Positions 41,575 through 53,600 of a stretch of DNA of 64,000 nucleotides are shown here, in pieces. The DNA comes from Felis catus (Eukaryota). The notes under the pieces were generated by a model that ran no database searches, had not been told where the DNA came from, and was given only the letters and a program-made list of their open reading frames with translations. The position numbers and the translations under genes are program-made. The stretch spans positions 25,546,001 through 25,610,000 of the forward strand of contig NC_058369.1 in the NCBI RefSeq assembly GCF_018350175.1, in the 5' to 3' direction. Every line of letters starts with the position of its first letter. Within the stretch, counting starts at the first letter, position 1.

Positions 41575-44500
41575 CAACATAAATGTATACATATTTATAG
41601 TAATATATATATTTATAAATATATAAATATATAACATAAATTATAAATACGCACACCTACACACATAACATAAATGCGGGAATGGCCTGCACCAAAATGC
41701 CAAAATGTAACTTCTGTTTGGAGGTGAAAATGAAACATCAAGTGAAAACACTTAGTTCATCATTCTTGATGTTGACATTAGGACATGTTCTTTAAAATCA
41801 GGAAGAAGATAAGCATAGTTATTGTTACTACTTCTAATCAACATTGTATTGAGTGTCCCAGCCAGTGAAGTAACATACATACATACATACATACATACAT
41901 ACATACATACATACATAAAAGATATGGGGATGACACCAGTCAGAACGGCTAAAATTAACAACTCAGGCAACAACAGATGTTGGCAAGGATGCAGAGAAAG
42001 AGGATCTCTTTTGCACTGCTGGTGGGAATGCAAACTAGTGCAGCCACTCTGGAAAACAGCATGGCGTTTCCTCCAAAAATTAAAAATAGAACTACCCTAC
42101 GACCCAGCAATTGCACTACTAGTTGTTTATCCGAGGGATACAGGTATGCTGTTTCAAAGGGGTAGATGCACCCCAATGTTTACAGCAGCACTATCGACAG
42201 TAGCCAAAGTATGGAAACAGCCCAAATGTCCATCAACAGATGAATGGATAAAGAAGATGTGGGATATATATATACAGTGGAGTATTACTCAGCCATCAGA
42301 AAGAATGAAATCTTGCCATTTACAACTACATGGATGAAACTAGAGGGTACTATGCCAAGTGAAATTAGAGAAAGACAAATATACGACTTCACTTATATGA
42401 GGAATTTAAGGTACAAAACAGATGAACATTAGGGAAGGGAAGCAAAAATAATATAAAAACAAGGAGGGGGACAAAACATAAGAGACTCTTAAATACAGAG
42501 AACAAACTGAGGGTTGCTGGAGGGGTTGTTGATGAGGGGATGGGCTAAATGGGTGGGATGAGCACTGGGTGTCATACATAGGGGATGAATCACTGGAATC
42601 TACTCCTGAAATCATTGTTGCACTGTATGCTAACTAACTTGGATGTAAAATTTTTTAAATTAATTGTTTAGTTAATAAAAAAAATAAGTCACAAGTGTTA
42701 TTAATAAAATCATTTTGTGACTTCAAAAAAAAAAGAATGAGTGGAATTCATTTTGATCAATATTCAAATGTTACTGAGATTTAACTAAAAACATTAATTT
42801 GATAAGGAAAATTTTAAGAATGATCTTAACTGGAATCCTTAAAGTAAGTCATGATATATAAAGGGTTCTTTTTCAAGAATATAAAATTACAAAATCTATT
42901 CCTGATATCTTTCCTTTGTGTTTGGCTCAATATATGACTCATCAAAAGCTAAAATCCAAGGTTGGCTAGAATTAGTTTTTATATATAGAATACAAGGCAC
43001 TTATTAGCATTATAAAATAATAAAATGTGAAGAAACTTAGATACTCTAAAAAAAAGATATGGGGAATAGAAATTTAAAAAACAAAACTACCCAAAGAAAA
43101 CAAAAACACAAATTCAAAAAGATATGTGCACCTCTATGTTTACTGCAGCATTATTTACAACAGCAAAGATATAGAAGCACCCAAGTGTCCATCAATAGAT
43201 GAATGGAGAAAGAGGATGTGGTATATATATATATATATATATACAATGGAATATTACTCAGACATAAAAATGAATGAGATCATACCATTTGTAACATGGA
43301 TGGACCTGGAGGGTATAATGAGAAAAAAAAAACCCTAACATTGTTCGCAAATTGTCTGTGTACAATGACTGGATATTAAATTAATATAAAGAAAGTTAAA
43401 AGAACCACTGAATACAAGCCACAGATAAAAAGCATAATTAACAAAAAGATAAATTTATGATAGCAACAACAAAATAAAGTACGTAAGGATAAATTATTTT
43501 GAAAAAAATTTAAGCTTATTTCTTTTTTAGTAGTCTCTACACCCAATGTGGGGCTTGAACCCACAACCGTGAGGTCGAGAGTCACATGCTCTTCGAATAA
43601 GCCACCTAGGCCTCCGTACCTAGGGATAAATTAAATGAAAGCTGTGCAAAGTTATTTCGGAGAAACTATGTTAAAGAAAACCTGGGGCACCTGGGTGGCT
43701 CAGTGGGTTAAGCGTCAGACTCTTGGTTTCGGCTCAGGTCATAACCTCATGGTTTGATGAGTTCAAGCCCCTGATTGGGTTCTGTGCTGACAGCATGGAG
43801 CCTGCTTGGGATTCCCTCTCTCCTTCTCTCTCTGCCCTTCCCCACTTGCACTGTCTCTCAAAATAAATAAACTTATTTAAAAAAAAAAAGATGTGAAAGA
43901 AAATCTAAATAGAGATGTATACCACACACTGATAGATTCATTATTATATAAGTGACAAAGGATTATTATTCAGAATATATAAATGAACAACAAAAGCAAT
44001 GGAAACAAATACTGAAACAAAAATAACAAAAGAGTCAAAGGGCATTAATAGACATTTCACAGAAGAATAAATATGAAATGTAAGTACTTTGAGGGCAGGG
44101 ATTTTTTGTTCATATGACTCTAAGTAGGAAAATCAATAAATTAGATAAGTAAGCAATAATATATAGCAGTGAAAATGAACGACTACAGTCATTCCCAAGA
44201 CATAGATGAGTTTTAGAACAGATGATATGTTTTTATAAATTGTTACATACAAATGTGAATTAACAACAAAAAAGAGAAATACAAACAGAATTTATGACAC
44301 ACTTATCTTCAAGGGAGATTAAGGGGCTTAAAATAGGGAAGGATCACATAGAAGGAAGCAAGAGTATTGATGATCTTTTAATTTTAAAGAAGAGGGGAGG
44401 GTTCATGGGTGTTCATTTTCTTCATAGCTTACATATATGTAACATATATTCTCCAAGTATTGGATAATAAAAATTTGCTAACAAAGGTAAAGAAAGAATA

Positions 44501-47500
44501 CTTATCTTTTCCTCTTCCCAATCCAATTCAAAGCCCAACAAAATTATACTTGCACTTCTGGTCACCTCCTTAGTAAAGCCTTACCTGTTTTCCAAATGAC
44601 AAAATTAATTGCTCCGTGCCCTATTCTTTCAGAGGATGCTACCATCCTCTACCTATGAATTGCCTTATTCTACCTCGTACTACAACCAGTTGTTCACAGC
44701 CTATTTCTCTTTCCACATTGTGTTCTCTCTGAGAGGCAGAAGCCAATTTGTGTGTACTGGACAACAACAATTTTAAACTGTAAGACTCTAATGTCAATAT
44801 CTAAGCCACTAATTATGTGAGAAAAATAAATAAAAGACAATTAGATTGGAAAGAAAAACATAAAACTACCTCTATTTACAGAGTACATGATCTTGTATAT
44901 AGAAAATTCTACGGAATTCATTTCTTTTTTTTCATTCTATATTTCGGTAATCTCTACACCCAATATGGTGCTCAAACTTACAACCCTGACATCAAGAGTC
45001 ATATGTTCCACCAACTGAGCTAGCCACGTGCCCCAAAAAGGAATTTATTTAAGAACTGTTAAAACTAATAGATGAGTTCAGCAAGATTGCAGGATACAAC
45101 ATCAACATACAAAAATTACTTGTGTTTGTATAAACTAGCAATAAACAACCCAAAATTGAAAGTAAGGGAAAAAATCTCATGTACAATAGCATCAAGAAAT
45201 ACAAAATACTCGAGAGTAAATTTGATAAAAGAAATACAACGTCTGTAGACTAAAAATTATAAATAATTGTTAAATGAAATTAAAGAAGACCAAATAAAAG
45301 TAAAAATACTCCTTGCTCACATATTGCAAGAATTAATATTGTTAAGACAGCGATCTTCCCAAGTCAATCTAAAGATTCAATGCAATGCCAGCTTCCTTTT
45401 TTTAATGTTTAAAAAATTTTTTTAATTTTTATTCATTTGAGAGAGAAAGAGAGAGAAGGGGGGATGGGCAGAGAGAGAGGAGGACAGAGGATCAGAAGGA
45501 GACTCAGCTGACAGCAGTGAGCCTGATGCGGTGCTTGAACTCAGGAACTGTGAGATCATGACCTGAGCTGAAGTCCGATGCTCAACTGACTGAGCCCCCC
45601 AGGTGCCTAAGGTTCAAAATGTATTTTAATAAGTTGATACTGCATTGTTGCTCCACTTCTCAGAAAAATTCCAAGATATTAGGGACAAATAGAATATGGT
45701 ACACAAGTAAAAAATGCACAGCATAACTAAGATAGGCAAAGCTAAGAGCTGCTGTCCTAGATGCAGCATATCGCAACACTCTTCCCAAGTTTGTGCTAGG
45801 TCTATCAACAAAAGCTGTGAACAGCAATATCATAGACACAAAGGGGCCATTCCTGGGTTGTCCTTATCCAAAGAAAATATGGAAGAAAGATTTTTCTAAA
45901 GACATACTAAATGAAAATCTTTAAGAGATTTCACGTCTTCCAAAAGCAAAAGCAACAAAATAAAAAAAATATATAAATGAGACATCATCAGAATTTAAAA
46001 CTTCTGTGCTTCAAAACACATCATCAAAAAAACCTAAAAGACAATCCACAGATCACAATGAAAACAGCCATCAATATTTTGTTTTTACAAAGAGTTTTGA
46101 AAATGATCACTTAACTAAAACTTGAAAGCTATAAATTAATTCTCCACACTCTCATGACAATTTTGTTGGTGAATAACAGAGATCTATTTCTTTAAAATAT
46201 ATTTGTGCAGAAACTGCATATAACTCTAAGTTTTACTCCTAACATAAGTATGTTTGGGAGTATTCTATTCTATACTTGCCAGTGTGGAGAACAAAATAGT
46301 TTTTAAGAATAAAGAAGTATATATATATATTCTGTATTTTACATGTAGCAGAATTATCATCCAGAGGGGTTTTTTTTTGTATTCACAAGGTGATATGTGT
46401 ATTGTAAAACAATAATGGTGAAGGAAATAAAAAGGCTTTTAAAATTGTTTTAAATATTTATGAAGTTATTATTTCAGAGAGTATAGTGATATCTTTTTTT
46501 TATATTTTTTTAAGTTTATTTATTTATTTTGAGAGAGAGGGAGACAGCGTGAGTGAGGGAGGGGCACAGACAGAGGGAGAGAGAGAATCCCAAGCAGGCT
46601 CTGTGGTGCCAGAGCAGAGCCCAACATGGGGCTTGAACTTACAAAACCATGAGATCATGACCTGAGCTGAAACCAAGAGTCAGACGCTAATAGACTTATA
46701 CACCCAGGTGCCTCAGAGAGTATACTGATATCTTAACAGCTTACCTAGATCATAAATTAATCAAAATGCACTTTTTAATAAAACCGGATACTTAAAATAT
46801 ATTAAAAAAATAAAATAATAAAAGACAATCCACAGAATAAATGGGAGAAATTTTTTTTCTTCCCCCCCTCCCATTTTAGAGAGAGAGAGAGCATGTGTGT
46901 GAGCAGGGGAGAGGAACAGAGGGAGAGAGAGAGAATCCCAAGCAGGCTCTATGTTCAGTGCAGAGCCTGATGTGGGGCTTGATCCCATGACCCAGCCCAA
47001 AATCAAGAGTCAGACATTCAACTGACTGAGCCACCCAGGTGTTCCCAAATTATTTTTAAATTTTTTTAACGTTTATTTATTTTTTTGAGACAGACAGAGA
47101 CAAAGCATGAACAGGGGAGGAGCAGAGAGAGAGGGAGACACAGAATCTGAAACAGGCTCCAGGCTCTGAGCTGTCAGCACAGAGCCCAACGCGGGGCTCA
47201 AACTCACGGACCGTGAGATCATGACCTGAGCCGAAGTCGGACGCTTAACCGACCAAGCCACCCAGGCGCCCCCCAAATTTTTTAAATCATATATTTAATA
47301 AGGGACTTATCTCTAGAATATACAAAAAAAAAAAACCTACAATTAAATAAGAGACAAATAACCACTCAATTTAAAAATGGGCAAAGGATTTAAACAGATA
47401 TATTTCCAAAGAAAATATAAAAACGGGGATGCCTGGGTGGCTCAGTTGGTTAAGTGTCTGACTTCAGCTCACATCATGACCTCACGATATGTGGGTTCAG

Positions 47501-50500
47501 GGCCTGCGTCCGGCTCTGTGCTGACAGCTCAGAGCCTGGAGCCTGCTTTGGATTCTGTGTCTCCCTCTCTCTCTGTCCCTCCCCCGCTCATGGTCTGTCT
47601 CTCTCTGACTCTCAAAAATGAATAAATTTTTTAAAAAAATTTTTAGGGTGTTTCGGTGGCTCAGCCAGTTAAGTGTCTGGCTTCGGCTCAGGTCATGATC
47701 TTGTGGTCCGTGGGTTCAAGCCCTGCATCGGGCTCAGCCTGGAGCCTGCTTTGGATTCTGTGTCTCCCTCTCTCTCTCTGCCCTTGCCCCACTCATGCTC
47801 TGTCTCTGACTCTCTCAAAAATAAATAATTTTTTTTAATTTTTAAAGAAAATATAAAAATGGCCAATAAGCACAGTAAAAGATGTTCAACATCATTAGTC
47901 ATTAGATAAACACAAATCCAAACCACAATGAGATACCACTTTATCCCACTGGGATGGCTATACTCAAAACAACAGACAATAACAAGTGTTGATCAGGATG
48001 TGGACACATTGGAACTCCTGTGCATTGCTGGTGGAAATGTAAAACAGTGAAGCCCCTTTGGAATATAGTCTGGCAGTTCCTCAAAAAGTTAAACATAGAA
48101 TTTTCACTCCTACGTATATACTCCAGAGGAGTGAAACATATGTCCACGTAAAAACTTGCACATGCATAATCATAGTGACATTATTCCTCAGAGCTAAAAA
48201 GTGCAACAATGCAAATGTCCATCAACTGATGAATGGATAAACAAAGTGTGGTACATCCATACAGTAAAATATTATTCATCAATAAAAAGAATGGGGGTGC
48301 CTGGATGGCTCACTTGGTTAAGCCTCTGACTCTTGGTTTGGGCTCAGGTCATGATCTCATGGTTTGTAAGTTTGAGCCCTGGGTCAGGCTCTGCACTGAC
48401 AGCACAGAGCCTGCTTGGCATTCTCTCTCTCTCCCTCTCTCTTTGCAACCCCCACATCTCCCTCACTCTCAAAATAAATAAATAAACTTAAAAAGAATGA
48501 ACGATACATATTACAACACAGAAGAACAATGAAAACATGCTAAGTGAGAGAAGTCAGTCACAAAGGCCACATATAATATGATTCCATTTATATGAAATGT
48601 CTGGGATAGATAAATCCATAGAGACAGAAAGTGGATTAGTAGTTGCCATTGTCTTGGAGGAGGAGGAAATGGGGAGTGACTGCTATTAGCTACAGGCTAA
48701 CTTTCTGGTATAATGAAGATGTTCTAAAATTAGATAGTGGTGATGGTTGCAAAACTGTGAATATTCTAAGAAGCCACTGAACTGTATGCTTGAAAGAGTA
48801 AATGTTATGATATGTGGATTATATCTCAATAATCTATTGAAAAAATACAAGCTAGTAACAAACTATAAGCTAATGATAAAATTATAAGTACATAAGAATA
48901 TATTTTTTCAAGTTGAAAGCAATCAAACAACATTACCCAACACTAACTTTGTTTCCAGCACCATATTATAGGGCACGGGTTCCCCCAATTTTTGGTTTCA
49001 CAACAGGTGTTAATAAAAATTATTTAAAACTTGTGTGACGAGGGGGAGCAGAAAAAAAAAAAAAAGGTAGGTGGTGTGTCCTTTCAATGCCATCTCAGGT
49101 ACAGGGCCACCTGAGAAAAATGTAACTAAAGACTGTATTATGTTCAACTCATTGTTTATTATTCAAAGTCCCAGACATTGTAAAATTATAACTTGCATTT
49201 TTTTGTCCAGTAGAGGTGCAAATAATTCTATCTGAAAAAAAGGTAAGTCCAAATATGTTTATTTGGTTTATTCTGTATGACATTAACCAGCTTTATATCA
49301 ATACTAGCAATCTTTTTTTAACATTCCTTTACTAAATTGCCCACAAATACTCAGCTCCTGAAATGCTCTTTGAACCAGACTTACCATCTAACTGGTTCTC
49401 TCATTAATTAATAAATAGAATAAAATATTTGACACGTTTATTTTTCTAAATTTTTTTAGTGTTTGTTTTTGAGAGAGACAGAGACAGAGTATGCGTGGGG
49501 GAGAGGCAGAGAGAGAGGGAAACACAGAATCCAAAGCAGGCCCCAGGCTCTGACCTGTCAGCAGCCCAATGCGGGCCTCGAACTCACAGACTGTGAGATC
49601 AAGACCTGAGCCGAAGTCAGACGCTTAACCGACTGAGCCACCAAGGTGCCCGACACATGTTTATTTTTATATTTGTATGACAGTCATGTCTACATTTTTT
49701 TGCAAATAATAATTTAATTAGGTAATTTTTTAAATTGGAAGATCATAGATTATCCAACTTTTCCTTTTTTTAAATGTTTATTTACTTTTGAGAGAGGGAG
49801 AGCAGGGGAAGGGCAGAGAGAGAGGGAGACAGAGGATCTGAAGAGGGCTCCACACTGTCAGTTGAGAGCGCAATGCAGGGCTCAAACTCACCAACCAGGA
49901 GGTCATGACCTGAGCTGAAGCCCGATGCTTAACCAACTAAGGCACCCATATTATCCAACTTTTCATTTTGATTAGTAAGGACTTTGTTTTTGACTTTCCA
50001 TTTTTTATCACCATCATGTGTTTTTGCTTACCATTATATTCCCCAGCATTCGTTGGAACTTGGTATAACATAACAGGTGCTCAATAAGTATTTGTTAAAT
50101 AAATGAATTTTTAACACCTATGAAATAGAAAGGACATACTCTCAAAGTGAATAAATTTAGCTTTATTAAAAATTCATTATTGAGCACCTGGGTGCCTCAG
50201 TCAGTTAGGCGTCCAACCTCGATCTCACAGCTCGGGAGTTCAAGTCTCACATCAGGCTCTGTACTCACAGCTCAGAGCCTGGAGCCTCTGCTTTGGATTC
50301 TGTGTCTCCTTCTCTCTCTGTCCCCCCCCCCCCCCTCCTGCTAGCACTCTGTCTCTCTCTCTTAAAAATAAACATTTTTTTAAAAAAAAGAAAAAAAGAA
50401 AGAAAAAATCATTATCGTGCTCACTTCGGCAGCACATATACTAAAACTGGAACGATACAGAGCAGATTAGCACGGCCCCTGTGCACGGATGACACGCAAA

Positions 50501-50647
50501 TTTGTGCAGTGTTCCATATTTTTTAAGTTATTTATTTATTTAGTAAATCTCTACACCCAACATGTGTCTTGAACTCATGACCCCAAGATCAAGAGTTCTG
50601 TGCTCTTCCAACTGAGCCAGCCAGGCACCCTGAAGCATTCCATATCA

Positions 50648-50692
<45 letters not shown>

Positions 50693-53600
50693 TCCTTACC
50701 CTCTCACAGAAGGTGAGAGGCTGGAAGGAGCTGAGTGTAGAATAGGCAGCCTGCATGGACAGTACCTCAGTAGGAGGCTGGAGAGGAAACAAACTCTATA
50801 CTCAACAAGTCTTAATGACCTAGCATATGTCAGGCTCAGTTATAGTCATGGAGATACAACAGCGAACAACACCACCAAATCATTACACGGTCTTTATTCT
50901 GTGATTTTGCCATTTACCAGTAAATATGTAATCATCAACTATCACAGTCCTTTGCTGTGGAGTTTATTTTATTAAATTTTACTTATTTATTTTGAGAGAG
51001 AGAGAGCATGAGCAGGAGAGGGGCAGAGAGAGGGAGATGAGAGAATCCCAAGCAGGCTTCGCACTGTCAGCATAGAGCCTCACAAGGAGCTTGATTTCAC
51101 CAACCGTGAGATGGTGACCTGAGCCGAGATTAAGAGTTGGATGCTTAACCCACTGAGCCACCCAGGCGTCCATATTTTAAAAGGGAAAAAATATTAACTC
51201 CATGTAATAGTAGGAGTAGGGTCCTAAAAACTCTCATGATGAAAGAATATAAGGAAAATAGGATTAGAAGGAATTAACAAAAAGTACATATATGAAATTC
51301 CTTATTGACTTTCTATATTCATTTACAAATACTTATTTAGCATCTACACTGTTTAGTATCTACATCATTGTTAGTGATTATGATATATCAATAAATTAAA
51401 CAAATATCCTTTGTACAAACTTCCAGTGATAAAGTAAATACGCTCTGGGGATACAACGTATAGCATGGTGACTATAGTACCATACTGTATATTTGAAAGT
51501 TGCTAAGAGTAGATTTTAAAAGTTCTTACCACAAGAAAAAAATCTTGCCATTATGTGTGATAATGGATGTCAACTAGACTTATTGTGGTGATCATTTTGC
51601 AATGTATACAAATATCAAATCATTATGTTGTACTCCTGAACCTAATACAATGCTATCTGTTATTTATATCTCAATAACGATTTAATTATATGGTATGTTA
51701 AGGGGTAATAAATGATACAGAAAATAGGGAAATTAGAGCAGGATAAGAATCAGAACCAGTGGGGGTATCAAGCAAGATGCTCAGGGAAGGCTTCCTGGAT
51801 ATGGTGATAATTTGAGCAAAGATTTTAGGAGGGGAGGATATGAGACAAGAGCATATGTAAGTGAAGAGAACAGTAGGCAGGGGTAATAGCTGAAGCACAG
51901 GCCCTCAGGCAGGAGGGCTTAAGAAATGAGAATGGGGGACAGTATGGCTGGGGCATCCACTGTGAGGGGCAAGAGAAGGTGGAGGCAAGGTCAGAGAAAT
52001 AAAGAAAAGTTCAAGTGAAATTAGAGGGATAAAGAGGAGCCACAGTATGCAGTGCTATGTAAACTTTTTATCTGAGTAAAACATGAAGGCTTTGCAGAAC
52101 TTTGAGGAGAGGAGTAACTTGATCTGACTTAATTTTTCTAGTTGCTCTATTTTTAACAGATGATGGGATGAAGGTAGGGGCAAAGGTAGACACAGGGAAA
52201 CCCATTAGGACCTTTTTGTAGAAATCCATGTAAAAGATGATTTAACGTGGACCAGGGCGATGGCAATGGGAGAGTGAATTTTGAGTTTGCCACGTAGTTA
52301 GATATCCAAGGAAAGGTTACAAGTAGGAGGTTGTATATATGAATCTTGGAACTGGCTAGAGAAGTCTGGGATACCAGTTAAAGATTTGGGAGTTGCCAGC
52401 ATATAATCATGTATAAACTCATCTATATTTTTGATGAGACTGATGAGATCATCAAGAGAGTTAGGGTATGGGGCGCCTGGGTGGCGCAGTCGGTTGAGCG
52501 TCCGACTTCACCCAGGTCACGATCTCGCGGTCCGTGAGTTCGAGCCCTGCGTCAGGCTCTGGGCTGATGGCTCAGAGCCTGGAGCCTGTTTCCGATTCTG
52601 TGTCTCCCTCTCTCTCTGCCCCTCCCCCGTTCATGCTCTGTCTCTCTCTGTCCCAAAAATAAATAAACGTTAAAAAAAAAAGTTAAAAAAAAAAAGAGAG
52701 TTAGGGTAGATAGAGAAAAGGACCAATGACTGAGCCCTAAAAACTTCCAACATTAAGAGGCTGGGAAGAGTAAGAAAAAATAGCAAGGAAAAATATAGTG
52801 ATGCTACTAGTGATATGGGACAGTTTATTTATCTTCCATCTCAAGATGACTTCCAGAGATGATGACACTATGCCACGGTGATAGAGATGATGATGATGTG
52901 ACAGTGGTGATAAGAAAAGAAAGGAGAGGGGTGCCTGGGTGGCTCAGTCTGTCAAGCATCCAACTCTTGGTTTCTGCTCAGGTCATGATCTTGCAGTTTG
53001 TGAGTTCAAGCCCCAAGTCGGGCTCCACACTGACAGCACAGAGCTTGCTTGGGATTCTCTATCTCTCCCTGTCTCTCTGCCCCTCCTCTCGTCACACACC
53101 AAAATATTTAAATAAACTCACTCTCTCTCTCTTTCAAAATATTTAAATAAACTTAAAAAAAAGAAAAAAGAAAAGAAATGAGAATATCATGAGGATAAAT
53201 TTTAAAAGGATCATATAAGTTAAATGTGAACAATGAACTGTAACTAAGTTCCTTACTAGGCAAATTAGGAAAAAAAAAAAAGAGAAAATTTAAATTAACA
53301 ACATTTGGAGGACTCCAAGCTGTATTACAAAGCTGTAATCATCAAGACAGTATAGTACTGCCACAAGAACACTCAGATTAATGGAACAGAAAACAGAACT
53401 CAGAAATGGACCCACAAACATATGGCCAACTAATCTTTGACAAACCAGGAAGAATATCTAATGGAATAAAAACAGTCTCTTCAGCAAATGGTGCTGGGAA
53501 AACTGGACAGCGACATGCAGAAAAATGATCCTAGACCACTTTCTTACACCACACACAAAAATAAACTCAAAATGGATGAAAGACCTAACCATAAGACAGG

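Noticed and set aside
50417..50523. Functional U6 snRNA gene
   Set aside because: About 9 substitutions including ACAGAGA to ACAGAGC, a SINE in place of the upstream promoter, and retroposition hallmarks.
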